From positions 61,556,136-61,620,135 of the forward strand of contig NC_057718.1 in NCBI RefSeq assembly GCF_004010195.1: 64,000 nt of DNA, written 5' to 3'. Positions 49,111 to 60,975 of this stretch are shown in pieces; within the stretch, counting starts at the first letter, position 1, and every line of letters starts with the position of its first letter. A program made the position numbers and the translations under genes. This DNA comes from Chiloscyllium plagiosum (taxonomy: Eukaryota). A model generated the notes under the pieces. The model had not been told where the DNA came from, ran no database searches, and saw only the letters and a list, made by a program, of their open reading frames with translations.

Positions 49111-51326
49111 ATGCCAACCAACATCCTGTACACATAATTTTGTGTGTTTAATTGCTTCGCCAATGGTATTACTGTGTAAAGAAGAGCCACTTTCCTCTGG
49201 TTGGCCAGCAGCTATGGATAGGGCTTCTACCTTTGGTCCTTGAGCCCTGGAAAATGCCCACTGCTGACCTATCAAGTGCATGAGTGGCATAAGAGGGGAC
49301 TCAGGGTCTCACCCTCATTCCAGCCAATGTCCATGGTCAGGTTGGTCTTGATCCAGGGATCAGTGCCTCTGCATTCCAGGGAATGGGTTACAATCAGCCT
49401 GGGGCTCAATTGCAGCCAATTTAGGGTGCAGACCCAATGTGTTTGGGGAGATGGACAACCACCAGCCAGGAATCTGGGCAAATCTGTTCTGGGGCTGATT
49501 GGTTAGTTCATTCAAAAGGGTGGGCATGATCAGTCTGATCAGGTCTGTCTGCAGAAACTAGGGGGAATGGAGGCTGGGAGGCCTGGGTGGGGAGGGTGGT
49601 GTCAAGGAGGTTGTTGTTGCTGAAAGGACACTTGGAAAGCTATTTATCAGATTGAGGCTACAGACTGAGGTTGGGGGAATGACAATTGTGAAGTGGAGCA
49701 ACAATATTTTATAGGTGGGGCCAGTATATGGTAAAGCATGGAGGAAACAGGGTAACTTGGAAGGTGGTTTCATGAATAGCCAGGAGGGGCATTATGTATG
49801 ACCACATCTCACATGGTCACTTTATAAGTCAAAGGCTGGGGGGATGTTGGGCAGATGCAGGTTCATCTAGATGAGTTGGGTAGGGCCTTGTGGAGGGGCC
49901 TGTGGGGTTTACATGAAAGGTCATCAGGAACAGGACCTCTTTGTTTGGGGCCTCATAACACCTCAAGGTGGAGGCTGAAAACCACTGGCCAAATAGTGTT
50001 CACTGTCACCTTCCATTATGTTGAAAACTGAAGTTAAACGATGCAAAGAAAAATGGCTATGACCACACCCACAGGTAATTGTTTTGATCTGTGAGGGAGG
50101 GAGCGGCTCCACCTACCAACCATAAGAAGGAAACAAGATGACATACAGATCCATGTCCTGTATAGGACACAGACTTGTGAGACCTCTAATTCTTGGCCAT
50201 CTGAAAGCATTATTTGCTTTGTTTGCTTTGCATCGTCTGGCCCTAGTTTTCACTGACCATTTATTCACACCAACACCTTTGGACATAGAGGCCATGGAAA
50301 CAGCAAGCATATTGTAAAACAAGGGGCAATGGTATCAGCAGAATCCATTGGCCTATAAATGCCTTGTAGATCTTGCTTTCACATGTTGCAGTAGGCTCTT
50401 AACACAGGCAGTTCCTCCATGGTACATCTTCTATGGATGTGAAGTTAGGCATCACGCAGGCTCAGTTACATTCAGGGCTACCCAGAGATCCAAATCCACA
50501 GATGTAGTGAAACCGCAACTACAATTTTACAAACCTGAGACTTCATATACAGTACAATGTCATCCCTGCCACCAAAGTTCCCTCAATAGTATTTTTTTCT
50601 TTCTCTCCCTCTCATCTCAGTGTCATGAAGATTCTGCAGCTAGGGTATAGGATGTCTGCTTGAAGATGGAGTCCATTGGCTCCTTGAGGTTTGGTTGGCC
50701 AACACCAGGGGCATTTGTATCTGGATGGCCCTGGCATGCTGACAGTCTTCTTCCCAGAGCTAGGTGAACACCCTTTGGCTTGAACTTCCATAGGTTGGTG
50801 GGGAGGGGCAATGGAGGGGGGCGGTGAGTGTGCGTTGGAGGAGAAGGCAGAGTGAAGGTGGAAGGCCCAGCCTTCTCCTGTCTGTCCTGTTGGAGTCTTC
50901 TGAAGGGCCCTTTAATGTGGTTTCTCCTCCAGCCGTGCGCCTGCTGGCACTGCCCTGTCTCCTTGTGAGCAAGGGGAACCTGGAGTGTGTGCTAAGTTCC
51001 CAGTGCTCCTGTCACCATGATTTCAGTCACTGGCTGGGGAAGAAGACTGCACTTGTGTATACACCTCTGCAGCAGCCCCTTAGGGAGCTGGGCCTGTGTC
51101 TCCATGGCAAACACCAACCTGTCCATGTAGACAGATGGATGGTCACATGACTCACTGCACTACTGTAGTTCTGGGCAATGATGGCCATTCTCTCCCAAAT
51201 CCCTGCCTACTGCTGCTGTTCCTCCCTTTGCCTGTGGGTTACAAACACCACAGGGTCCTCACCTGCCTTGGGCCTCAGAAGGTACCTGCTCTCCAACAGT
51301 CCTCTGAGTGCCAGGGCCTGAGCTAT

Positions 51327-51500
51327 TCCTCCCTACTTTTTATCTTAGCCTGCTGGACACGCTTTCCTCATTCCTGAAGAAGGGCTTATGCCCGAAACGT
51401 CGATTCTCCTGTTCCTTGGATGCTGCCTGACCTGCTGCGCTTTTCCAGCAACACATTTTGAGCTCTGATCTCCAGCATCTGCAGTCCTCACTTTCTCCTC
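51327..51500 (+). mobile_element. PLE family-1 3' fragment
   Basis: Near-identical to 59420-59591. Confidence 0.85.
51369..51406 (+). ncRNA. Minimal hammerhead motif, family 1, intact core
   Basis: CTGAAGA (51374-51380)-a-GGGC/ttat/GCCC-GAAAC-GTC; palindromic ACGT stem III; stem I weak. Confidence 0.65.
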
Positions 51501-52367
51501 CTATTTCTTTTCCTGTCAGCCATAGGGCTGTCACTATAAGTGCTCACCAGCCTGTGCTCCCAAACTTTCTAAAGATGATATTCCCCTCTGGTGTCAGAAT
51601 CTAAGCTTGCAGAGGGTGCAGCAGGCCAACCTTGCCTAAACTTCCTGAGTTCTCCTTACTTTTGCTCTGAGAGGCCAAGAAGGGGTTTCTGCAGGGGCCT
51701 GCCATTTCTCTGCGGAGGTTAGTGGTATGAAGTTGGTTGCAGTGAATGACACTGACAGCAAGTTACTTTGAGAGTTGTAGTGAAATGAAGAGTGGTATTT
51801 ACTTATTTTCAGGACAGGAATGTTTCGTTATCTCCACAGGAATCATCCCAGTCTTCTCCTGTAAGGGCCAGGATTCTTTCCTTGTAGGGGCTGAGGAAAC
51901 TAATGTAGGCACCCTTCCAACCACCAGGCCTTTTCTGATTTACAAGGTTTGTCCTAGTTAGTGCAGCAGCAGAGATAGAATGAGTATGAGGTAGTAGAAA
52001 GAAGAATATGGCACTTACCCTAGTGGAACAGAAAAGATTATTGAACTTCTTAGGGAAGGCAAGCTTTACAAGGGAAAGGTTTCTAAAACTCACAAAAACA
52101 ACAATCTGCTAGTGTCCAGGAAAGAGAGAGAGAGAGAGGGAGAGAAGTTAGAGGCCAAAGGTTTCTGTGGTTCACCATGTAGGAATGTAAGTGAAAGGTC
52201 AGCCGTGGATTAGAAAGGCCAAAATTGTGAGGAATTAAAATCAAGGCTGGAAGATTTTCTTATCTTTAGCTAAAGGGAAACACCCCCAGGAAAATTTACA
52301 CAATGAACGCTAATTCTAGAGTTAAAATGGGAATGGAAAAGACAGGTAATAAACCCTTAGGGATGAA

Positions 52368-52569
52368 CTGAAAATGTGTTGCTGGAAAAGCGCAGCAGGT
52401 CAGGCAGCATCCAGGGAACAGGAGAATCGACGTTTCGGGCATAAGCCCTTCTTCGGGCTTATGCCCGAAACGTCGATTCTCCTGTTCCCTGGATGCTGCC
52501 TGACCTGCTGCGCGTTTCCAGCAACACATTTTCAGCTCTGATCTCCAGCATCTGCAGACCTCACTTTCT
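52368..52569 (+). mobile_element. PLE family-1 fold-back mini-insertion
   Basis: ~80-bp inverted arms; 13-bp TSD ccttagggatgaa (52355-52367, 52570-52582). Confidence 0.9.
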
Positions 52570-53155
52570 CCTTAGGGATGAAGAGTCATTTTAGACTGGT
52601 TCTGGAAAAAATTAACATCAATTTAAAGGACAGTGCAATATAATTGATGGCAATTTGTTTTTTCAGATTGTGATGGAAGTTCCTTTCCGCAGTTTAAACT
52701 ATAATTGCCTACAAAAGTACTGTTTAGTCAATAGTGTGAACAATCTGTTTGTTAAAGCAAACGTGTCAAAATCTGAAATCTTAAATCATGAGTTCAGCTA
52801 TTCACTCGACACTTAACTAAATGTTTTTATATTTATCAATCTCTATGGGTTTCATTAATACTATCCACAGAATGTCACTGCTGCACTATGTAGGCGAGCA
52901 TTACAGTTCACTTTTAGCTTAATGGGTCTGCCAAACCAATCTTTGTACACAGTCTAAATCTCTGGACTAGCAGGTTCTAACAAGTACTATTGATGCAATA
53001 TAGGTTTCCATGACAGTCCACGCAATTTTGTTCACAGGAATGTGCTTCAATCCAATGACGTCAGCTGTGTGTGTTATCTATCACTTCCTTCTGTGTGCTA
53101 GTGCCCAGTACTCAGGAAGCTGTTATAATGCTTTTATCTGGCAAAAATCCACCAT

Positions 53156-53376
53156 GCTGAAAATGTGTTGCTGGAAAAGCGCAGCAGGTCAGGCAGCATC
53201 CAGGGAACAGGAGAATCGACGTTTCGGGCATAAGCCCTTCTTCAGGATTCCTGAAGAAGGGCTTATGCCCGAAATGTCGATTCTCCTGTTCCCTGGATGC
53301 TGCCTGACCTGCTGCGCTTTTCCAGCAACACATTTTCAGCTCTGATCTCCAGCATCTGCAGTCCTCACTTTCTCCT
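53156..53376 (+). mobile_element. PLE family-1 fold-back mini-insertion (92-bp arms, 1-nt loop)
   Basis: Palindrome 53156-53340 centred on 53248, one mismatch; 14-bp TSD caaaaatccaccat (53142-53155, 53377-53390). Confidence 0.92.
53213..53250 (-). ncRNA. Minimal hammerhead motif, intact core and perfect 5-bp stem I
   Basis: Minus strand GAATC-CTGAAGA-a-GGGC/ttat/GCCC-GAAAC-GTC-GATTC. Confidence 0.65.
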
Positions 53377-54000
53377 CAAAAATCCACCATACCAGCCCAG
53401 GTGCCATCAAGATTGTTGAGTGATATCCAGGATTAGCCCCGGAGACCCCAGCATGTTATCCGTCCCAAAAGAGAGAATAAACACATTAGCTGGAAACTTC
53501 ACTGTTCCACAAAGTGAGCTGGAAGACAAGACTTTGGCAATGAGCACATCGGTTCAGTTACCCAACTCTCAGTAATCTTCCAAGAAGCAGGGTGAATGTG
53601 GCAGGACCACTCACGGAGTAGCAGCAGGTAACACTCAGAATTATTAAGGGGCCAATTGAGGACAGGAAAGTGGTGGATTTGGGAATTACTGACAGTGGAC
53701 AGATTCGCCAAAGCTGTTATGTCCAACAGGCAAATGGAGATGTCCTCCTGGTGGGAGGCAGCTAGTGGCCAGCAGCTTTAATCACTCCAGCATGGAAGCA
53801 CTGAGAGAGCTCCAGCCGCGCCCACAGACCATCCTCACTGATGACAGCAGCTCGAGCCCAGAATGTATTCCAAATTTTCAAAACGATTGCCTCCAATTTG
53901 AGGTCAACTGTGTTCGACCCCATGCTTCAGCAGTGCCCACTCTCCCAGCAGCCAGCAGCAGGTTCAAACCTTCCAATTGGACCTTCTACCTCTGGAAACA

Positions 54001-54217
54001 AAAAAGAAAGAAGTGTGGATGTCAGGAATCTGAAACAGAAATAGAAATTGCTGGAGAAACTCAGCAGGTCTGGCAGCATCTGTGGAGGGAAAGCAGAATC
54101 AACGTTTTGGGTCTGGTGACCCTTTTTCAGAACTGTAGGCTCTACTATATCTCCACAGATGCTGCCAGACCTGCTGAGTTTCTCTAGCAATTTCCATCTT
54201 TGCTCCTGTCTCAGCAT
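54001..54217 (-). mobile_element. PLE family-2 fold-back mini-insertion
   Basis: gaaattgctggagaaactcagcaggtctggcagcatctgtggag is inverted against ctccacagatgctgccagacctgctgagtttctctagcaatttc; degenerate hammerhead on minus at 54098-54134. Confidence 0.8.
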
Positions 54218-54220
54218 GTA

Positions 54221-57200
54221 GTATGAACAGCCAAGTTTCTGGTACCGAGACTGGCTCTAATGAGGGGTACGTCAGGTTCCAAGAGATCGATTATGTTAGG
54301 GGATTCGCTAATCTGAGGCACAGACAGACGTTTCTGTGGCCAACAGTGAAAAATCAGAATGATGTGTTGCCTCCCTGGTGCCAGGATCAAGGATGTCTCA
54401 GAGAAGGTGCAGAATATTCTCAAGAGGAAGAGGGGCCAGCAGGAGGTCGGTGTACACATTGGAACCAACGACATAGGGAGGGAAAAGGATGATATTCTGA
54501 AGGGACAATACAGAGCGTTAAGCAGGAATTTAAAAAGGAGGTCCTCGAGAGTAGGAATATCTAGATTACTCCCGGTGCTGCGAGCTAGTGAGGGCAGGAA
54601 TAGGAGGATAGAGGAGATGAATGCATGGCTGAGGACCTGGTGTGTGTGAGAAGGATTCACATTTTTGGATCATCGGAATGTCTTCTGGGGTAGAAGTTAC
54701 CTATACAAGAAGGACGGATTGCACCTGAATTGGAAGGGGACTGATATACTGGCAGGGAGATTTCCTAGAGCTGCTCAGGAGGATTTAAACTATTAAGGTG
54801 GGGGGGGGGGGGGGAGGTGCCCAGGAAAAGAGTAAGGAAAGAGATCAATCTGAGACTGGTACAGTTGGGAAAAGAAGCGAGTCACCCAGTCAGGGCAGGC
54901 AGGGATAAAGCAGAGAACAAGGTAGGACTGCTAAATTAAACTGCATTTATTCCAATGCAAGAGGCCTAACAGGGAAGGCAGATGAACTCAGGGCATGGTT
55001 AGGAACATGGGACTGGGATATCATAGCAATTACAGAAATGTGGTTCAGGGATAGATAAGATTATCAGCTTAATGTTCCAGGATACAAATGCTACAGGAAG
55101 GACAGAAAGAGAGGCAAGAGAGGAGGGGGAGTGGCATTTTAGAGAAGGGATAGCATCACAGCTGTGCTGAGGGAAGATATTCTCGAAATACATCCAGAGA
55201 AGTTACTTGGGTGGAACTGAGAAAACTGAAAGGGATGATCACCTTACTGGGATTGCATTATCGACCCCATATTAGTGAGAGGGAAATTGAGAAACAAATT
55301 TGTTAGAAGATCTGTTATCTATAAGAATAATAGGGTGGTTATGGTAGGGAGTTTTAACTTTCCAAACAAAGACTAGGACTGTCATAGTGTTAAGGATTTA
55401 GATGGAGAAGAATTTGTTAAGTGTGTGCAAGAAAATTTTCTGATTCAGTATGTGGTTATATCTACTAGAGGACGTGCAAAACTTGACCTACCCTTGGGAA
55501 ATAAGGCAGGGCAGGTGACTGAGGTGTCTGTGGGGGAGCACTTTGGGGCCATAATTCTATTTGTTTTCAAATAGTGATGGAAAAGGATAGACCAGATCTA
55601 AAAGTTGAAGTTCTAAATTAGAAGAAGGCTAATTTTGACAGTATTAAGCAAGAACTTTCAAAAGCTGATTGGGGACAGATGTTCACAGATAAAGGGACGG
55701 CTGAAAAATGGGAAGCCTTCAGTATTAAGCAAGAACTTTCAAAAGCTGATTGGGGACAGATGTTCACACATATAGGGACGGCTGAAAAATGGGAAGCCTT
55801 CAGAAATGAGATAACAGGAGTCCAGAGACAGTATATTCCTGTTCGGGTGGAAGGAAAGGCTGGTAGGTATGGGGAATGCTGGATGACTAAAGAAATTGAG
55901 GGTTTGGTTAAGAAAAAGAAGGAAGCATATATCAGATATAGACAAGATAGATTAAATGAATCCTTAGAAGAGTATAAAGGCAGTAGGAGTATACTAAAGA
56001 GGGAAATCAGGAGGGCAAAAAGGGGACATGAGACAGATTTGGCAAATAGATTTAAGGAGAATCCAAACGATTTTTACAAATACATTAAGGACAAAAGGGT
56101 AACTAGGGAGAGAATAGGGCCCCTCAAAGATCACCATTTGTGTGGAGCTGCAGGAGATGGGGGAGATACTAAACAAGTATTCTGCGTCAGTGGTTAATGT
56201 GGAAAAGGACATGGAAGGTATAAAATGCATGGAAATAGATGGCGACATCTTGAAAGTTGTCCATATTACAGAGGAGGAAGTGCTGGATGTCATGAAACGC
56301 ATAAAAGTGAATAAATCCCCAGGACCTGATCAGATGTACCCTAGAACTCTGTGGGAAGCTAGAGAAGTGATTGCTGGGCCTCTTGCTGATATATTTGTAT
56401 CATCGATAGTCACAGGTGAGGTGCCGGAAGACTGGAGGTTGGCTAACGTGGTGCCACTGTTTAAGAAGGGCGGTAAGGATAAGCCTGGAACTATAGACAA
56501 GTGAGTCTAACATCAGTAGTGGGCAACTTGTTGGAGAGAATCCTGAGGGACAGGATGTATATGTATTTGGACAAGCAAGGACAGATTAGACATAGTCAAC
56601 ATGGCTTTGTGCCTGGGAAATCATGTCTCACAAACTTGATTGAGTTTTTTGAAGAAGTACCAAAGAAGATTGATGAGGGCAGAGTGGTGGACAAGGTTCC
56701 CCATGGGAGACTGGTTAGCAAGGTTAGGTCTCATAGAATACAGGGAGAACTAGTCCATTTGGATACAGAATTGGCTCAAAGGTAGAAGACAAAGGGTGGT
56801 GGTGGAGAGTTCTTTTCCAACTGGAGGCCTGTGACCAGTGGAGTGCCACAAGGATCGCTGCTGGGTACACTACTTTTTGTCATTTACATAAATAATTTGG
56901 ATGTGAGCATAAGAAGTATAAATAGTAAGTTTGTAGATTACACCAAAATTGGAGGTGTAGTGGACAGTGAAGAAGGTTACCTCAGATTATAATGGGATCT
57001 TGATCAGATGGGCCAATGGGCTGATAAGTGGAGACAGAGTTTAATTTAGATAAATGCGAGGTGCTGCAATTTGGGAAAGCAAATCTCCACAGGACCTATA
57101 TACTTAATGGTCAGGTCCTAGGGAGTGTTGCTGAACAAAGAGACCTTGGAGTGGAGGTTCATAGCTCCTTGAAAGTGGAGTCACACATAAATAGGATGGT

Positions 57201-57848
57201 GAAAATGATGTTTGGAATGCTTTCCTTTACTGGTCAGAATATGGAGTACAGGAGTTGGGAGGTCATGTACAGGACATTGGTTGGGCCACTGTTGGAATAT
57301 TGTGTGCAATTCTGGTCTCCTTCCTATCGGAAAGATGTTGTGAAAGTTGAAAGGGTTCAGAAAAGATTTACAGTGATGTTGCCAGGGTTGGAGGATTTGA
57401 GCTTGGGAGAGGCTGAACAGGCTGTGGATGATTTCCCTGGAGCGTCAGAGGCTGAGGGGTGACATTATAGAGGTATATAAAATCATGAGGGGATTGGATA
57501 GGATATATAGACAAAGTCTTTTCCCTGGGGTGTGGGGGGGTGTCCAGAACCACATCGCATAGGTTTGGGGTGAGAGGGGAAAGATATAAAAGAGACCTAA
57601 GGGACAACTTTTCCCACAGAGGGTGGTACGTGTATGGAATGAGCTGCCACAGGAAGTAGTGGAGGCTGGTACAATTGCAACATTTAAAAGGCATCTGGAT
57701 ATGTATGTGAATAGGAAGGGTTTGAAGGGATATGTTTCGGGTGCTGGTAGGTGAGACTAGATTGGGTTGGGGTATCTGGTCAGCATGGGCAGGTTGGATT
57801 GAAGGATCTGTTTCCATGCTCTACATCTCTGTGACTCTATGACTCTCT
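54221..57848 (+). mobile_element. Near-full-length decayed CR1 LINE, same subfamily as 25433-29249
   Basis: ORF1 CCLPGARIKD...VHIGTNDIG; ORF2 KSPGPDQMYPRTL, GEVPEDWRLANVVPLFKKG and QHGFVPGKSCLTNL; ctgtgactctatgact tail. Confidence 0.95.
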
Positions 57849-59041
57849 GAAACCACCCATTATTATTAATTAGATGTTGAGCACAAAGGAGACCTTCCAA
57901 AAATTACAACGTCATATGGTCAACCAACTCTATCAGGATCTGCCATTCTTCCAGATGACAGAAAAATTTCAACAAGAGTAAGATTTCTCTGAGAAGGATC
58001 CATGGGGCAATAAGAAATTTGATCAAGCAGACCAGATGCATTCTGAGATTTTACCGAGAAAGTGCTGGTGGAACCATGCAGCAACATTGTCCTTCATTAA
58101 TTGGTTGCTTTCTGATTCATGTTGTAATGCAGAAAGATCAAATTCTCCCAAAAGCTGAAGGATGAAAATTTGGAGGAGATTATTCCCTTCTCCCTACCAG
58201 GAGGAGTTTACACAGGTGGCTTTCACAGCTGGAGTAAGACAAAGCCAGGGGAAGGGGACAGAAATCCATTGCCAACTTGTTTCAGAAGGAGGAAGTATTA
58301 TACAGAAATAAAAATTATCCTGTCATAATATTTAGCCTTGCAGTATAACTGACATTCACAAATTACTGCATTCTTACTTTTCATTTAATCATTCTATGGT
58401 TACATACATCCAGACAAATTAACAATGAATTATTTGCAGTCAATTAAACTTCACATACAATCAGGTAAAAACCTAACTACTTGGTTCGCACTGCTGCTTT
58501 ACAACGCCGAGAACCCAAGTACGGTTCCAGCCTCGGGCAACTGTATGTATGGAGTCTGCACATTCTCCCCATGTCAGCGTAGGTTTCCTCTGGGTGCTCC
58601 AGTTTCCTCCCACAGTCCAAAGATGTGCAGGTTAGGTGAATTGGCCATGCTAAATTTCCCATAGTTTAGGTGCATTTGTTAGAGGGAAATGGGTCTGGGT
58701 GGGTTACTCTTCGGCAGGTCAGTGTGGACTGTTGGGCCGAAGGGCTGAAAAATGTGTTGCTGGAAAAGTGCAGCAGGTCATGCAGCATCCAAGGAGCAGG
58801 AGAATGGATGTTTCAAGCATAAGCCCTTCTTCAGGAATGAGGAGGGTGTGCCAAGCAGGTTAAGATAAAAGATAGGGCGGAGAGACTTGGGGGAGGGGCA
58901 TTGGTAATGCGATAGGTGGAAGGAAGTTAAGGTGAGGGTGATAGGCCGGAGAGGGGGTGAGGGCAGAGAGGTCGGGAAGAAGATTGCAGGTCAAGAAGGC
59001 GGTGCTGAGTTCGAGGGTTGGGACTGAGATAAGGTGGAGGG

Positions 59042-59339
59042 NNNNNNNNNNNNNNNNNNNNNNNNNNNNNNNNNNNNNNNNNNNNNNNNNNNNNNNNNNN
59101 NNNNNNNNNNNNNNNNNNNNNNNNNNNNNNNNNNNNNNNNNNNNNNNNNNNNNNNNNNNNNNNNNNNNNNNNNNNNNNNNNNNNNNNNNNNNNNNNNNNN
59201 NNNNNNNNNNNNNNNNNNNNNNNNNNNNNNNNNNNNNNNNNNNNNNNNNNNNNNNNNNNNNNNNNNNNNNNNNNNNNNNNNNNNNNNNNNNNNNNNNNNN
59301 NNNNNNNNNNNNNNNNNNNNNNNNNNNNNNNNNNNNNNN
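59042..59339. other. Assembly gap (N run)
   Basis: Directly visible. Confidence 1.
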
Positions 59340-59460
59340 CCACCCCCTCTCCGGCCTATCACCCTCACCTTAACCTCCTTCCACCTATTGCATTCCCAAC
59401 GCCCCTCCCCTAAGTCCCTCCTCCCTACCTTTTATCTTAGCCTGCTTGGCACACTCTCCT

Positions 59461-59498
59461 CATTCCTGAAGAAGGGCTTATGCCCGAAACGTCGATTC
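59461..59498 (+). ncRNA. Minimal hammerhead motif, family 1, intact core
   Basis: CTGAAGA (59466-59472), GGGC/GCCC stem II, GAAAC-GTC (59486-59493). Confidence 0.65.
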
Positions 59499-60975
59499 TC
59501 CTGCTCCTTTGATGTTGCCTGACCTGCTGTGCTTTTCCAGCAACACATTTTTCAGTTCTGATTTCCAGCATCTGCAGTCCTCACTTTCTCCCTGTTGGGC
59601 CGAAGGGCCTATTTTCACACTGTAGGGAATCTAATCATGAAAAAACATCCATCCCTTATCCATGGTCAAGGGCGACCAGGCCCAGATCTGAAGATCCCTC
59701 ATCTGATGCTCTTAGCTAATACTTAAAGAAATAAAGTATTTTATTGGGTCATTAACCATCGTTGCTCTTCATGGCCCAGTGTTGAACACAAACTCAGAAA
59801 GGCTAAAGGTTGACCTGAGAATAACCAAGTGATCTTGGGAGCTCATGTCCAGGCAGAGCATTCACTGAGGCTGTAGCAGCTGACACTCTGGAAGTTACCA
59901 ATGTCATAAGTGCCTCTTCCATGTGCTAACTGCTGCAAGTACCTCCCCAACTGCTATTACCTGCAGAAGATTCTACGCAGTAGGCTCCCTTTCTGCTTTG
60001 TGTTCCAGACACAAGTCTTAGAGTCCATTCATCCATTCACATTATTATCTCAATCAAATATGTGATACCTGCTGCAGTGACCAGTGCTCTTTAATCATAC
60101 CACTTGTGAAAGCTGGATATCTGAGATCATGAATCATTTGCCAAGGATGATATTTCTGTATTATCTGTATTATCCATTTTCAAGTATCTTATTAGATTAT
60201 GCAATGCCCTGAAGGTTCAGCTCGAGATGTCTTTTTCATAGACAAGCATGTATCCCTCTGAGCCAAACAGATATCTGTATTGGTGGGACAATTTCACTAT
60301 CCAACTTTCCCACACAACTCTGATGCATTCTCTGTCAATAAAATCTGAAATCACAGGAACCAAGTGAACATCACTTTAAATTCAATGGAAAAAGAAATTG
60401 AGTTGTGTGTACTCAAGTGCCATTTTGTTATCATTTGTTTCTTGTTACCATCTAAGGAGAGTCTTACCTCATTAGAGCAAATACTTTCTAACTAAACCAT
60501 AGCATAGTGAGAAGTTTTGAGAGTTATGTAATGACAGTGATATCTTTGTGTATACAGAAATATATTAATAGTACAGGAAACTTTCACAGAATTGTAAATG
60601 AGCCACTTACATTTTTTGAAAAGTGTCTATTTATCAACGAGTGATTTTTTTCTAAAAACAGAAGAAAAAATGCTCACAGATTCCAATCATCTATCATGCA
60701 GTTTTTCTGTTGGAGCTATAGAGGACAATCAACAGCTATCCTCTAGAAATCCAAAACAATATTGTGGGTTGTTCAGTAACAACGTTATGAAGTTATTGTC
60801 ATTATGGAGTAAATTAGACAACCATGTAGATGGGATCAAATATGAAAATCCAGGTGTTACTATCCAAAACATTCTGTTCCTCCTCTACAAGGCATACCAC
60901 TGCAGATCTCAGCAATGCACTTGCCAGTGAAACAACTGTAACAGTGTGAATTGGAGTACCTACCCACCACATGTT

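Larger units (their letters stand above)
49900..51720. mobile_element. Possible decayed Harbinger element (transposase-like on plus, Myb-gene C-terminus-like on minus)
   Basis: GC-rich block; attggcctataaatgccttgtagat (about 50347) resembles IGLLKMRFRC; minus frame SVYMDRLVFAMETQ is coiled-coil-like; weak. Confidence 0.3.
58746..59591 (+). mobile_element. Long PLE family-1 fold-back insertion
   Basis: 17-bp TSD ctgttgggccgaagggc (58729-58745, 59592-59608); the left arm is the reverse complement of the right arm across the gap. Confidence 0.9.
58480..59636 (+). mobile_element. HE1-type V-SINE split by a PLE
   Basis: Head and V-domain at 58480-58745; tail resumes at 59592-59636. Confidence 0.85.

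Noticed and set aside
52368..52534. MITE or DNA transposon, suggested by the long inverted repeats
   Set aside because: Variable 13-19 bp TSDs, an asymmetric 3' tail and identity to the end of an RT-coding PLE (45006-46024) indicate a retroelement origin
53010..53345. Recurrent peptide MCCWKSAAGQAAS as a small-protein family
   Set aside because: It is the translation of the noncoding PLE terminal repeat and appears on both strands because of the palindrome
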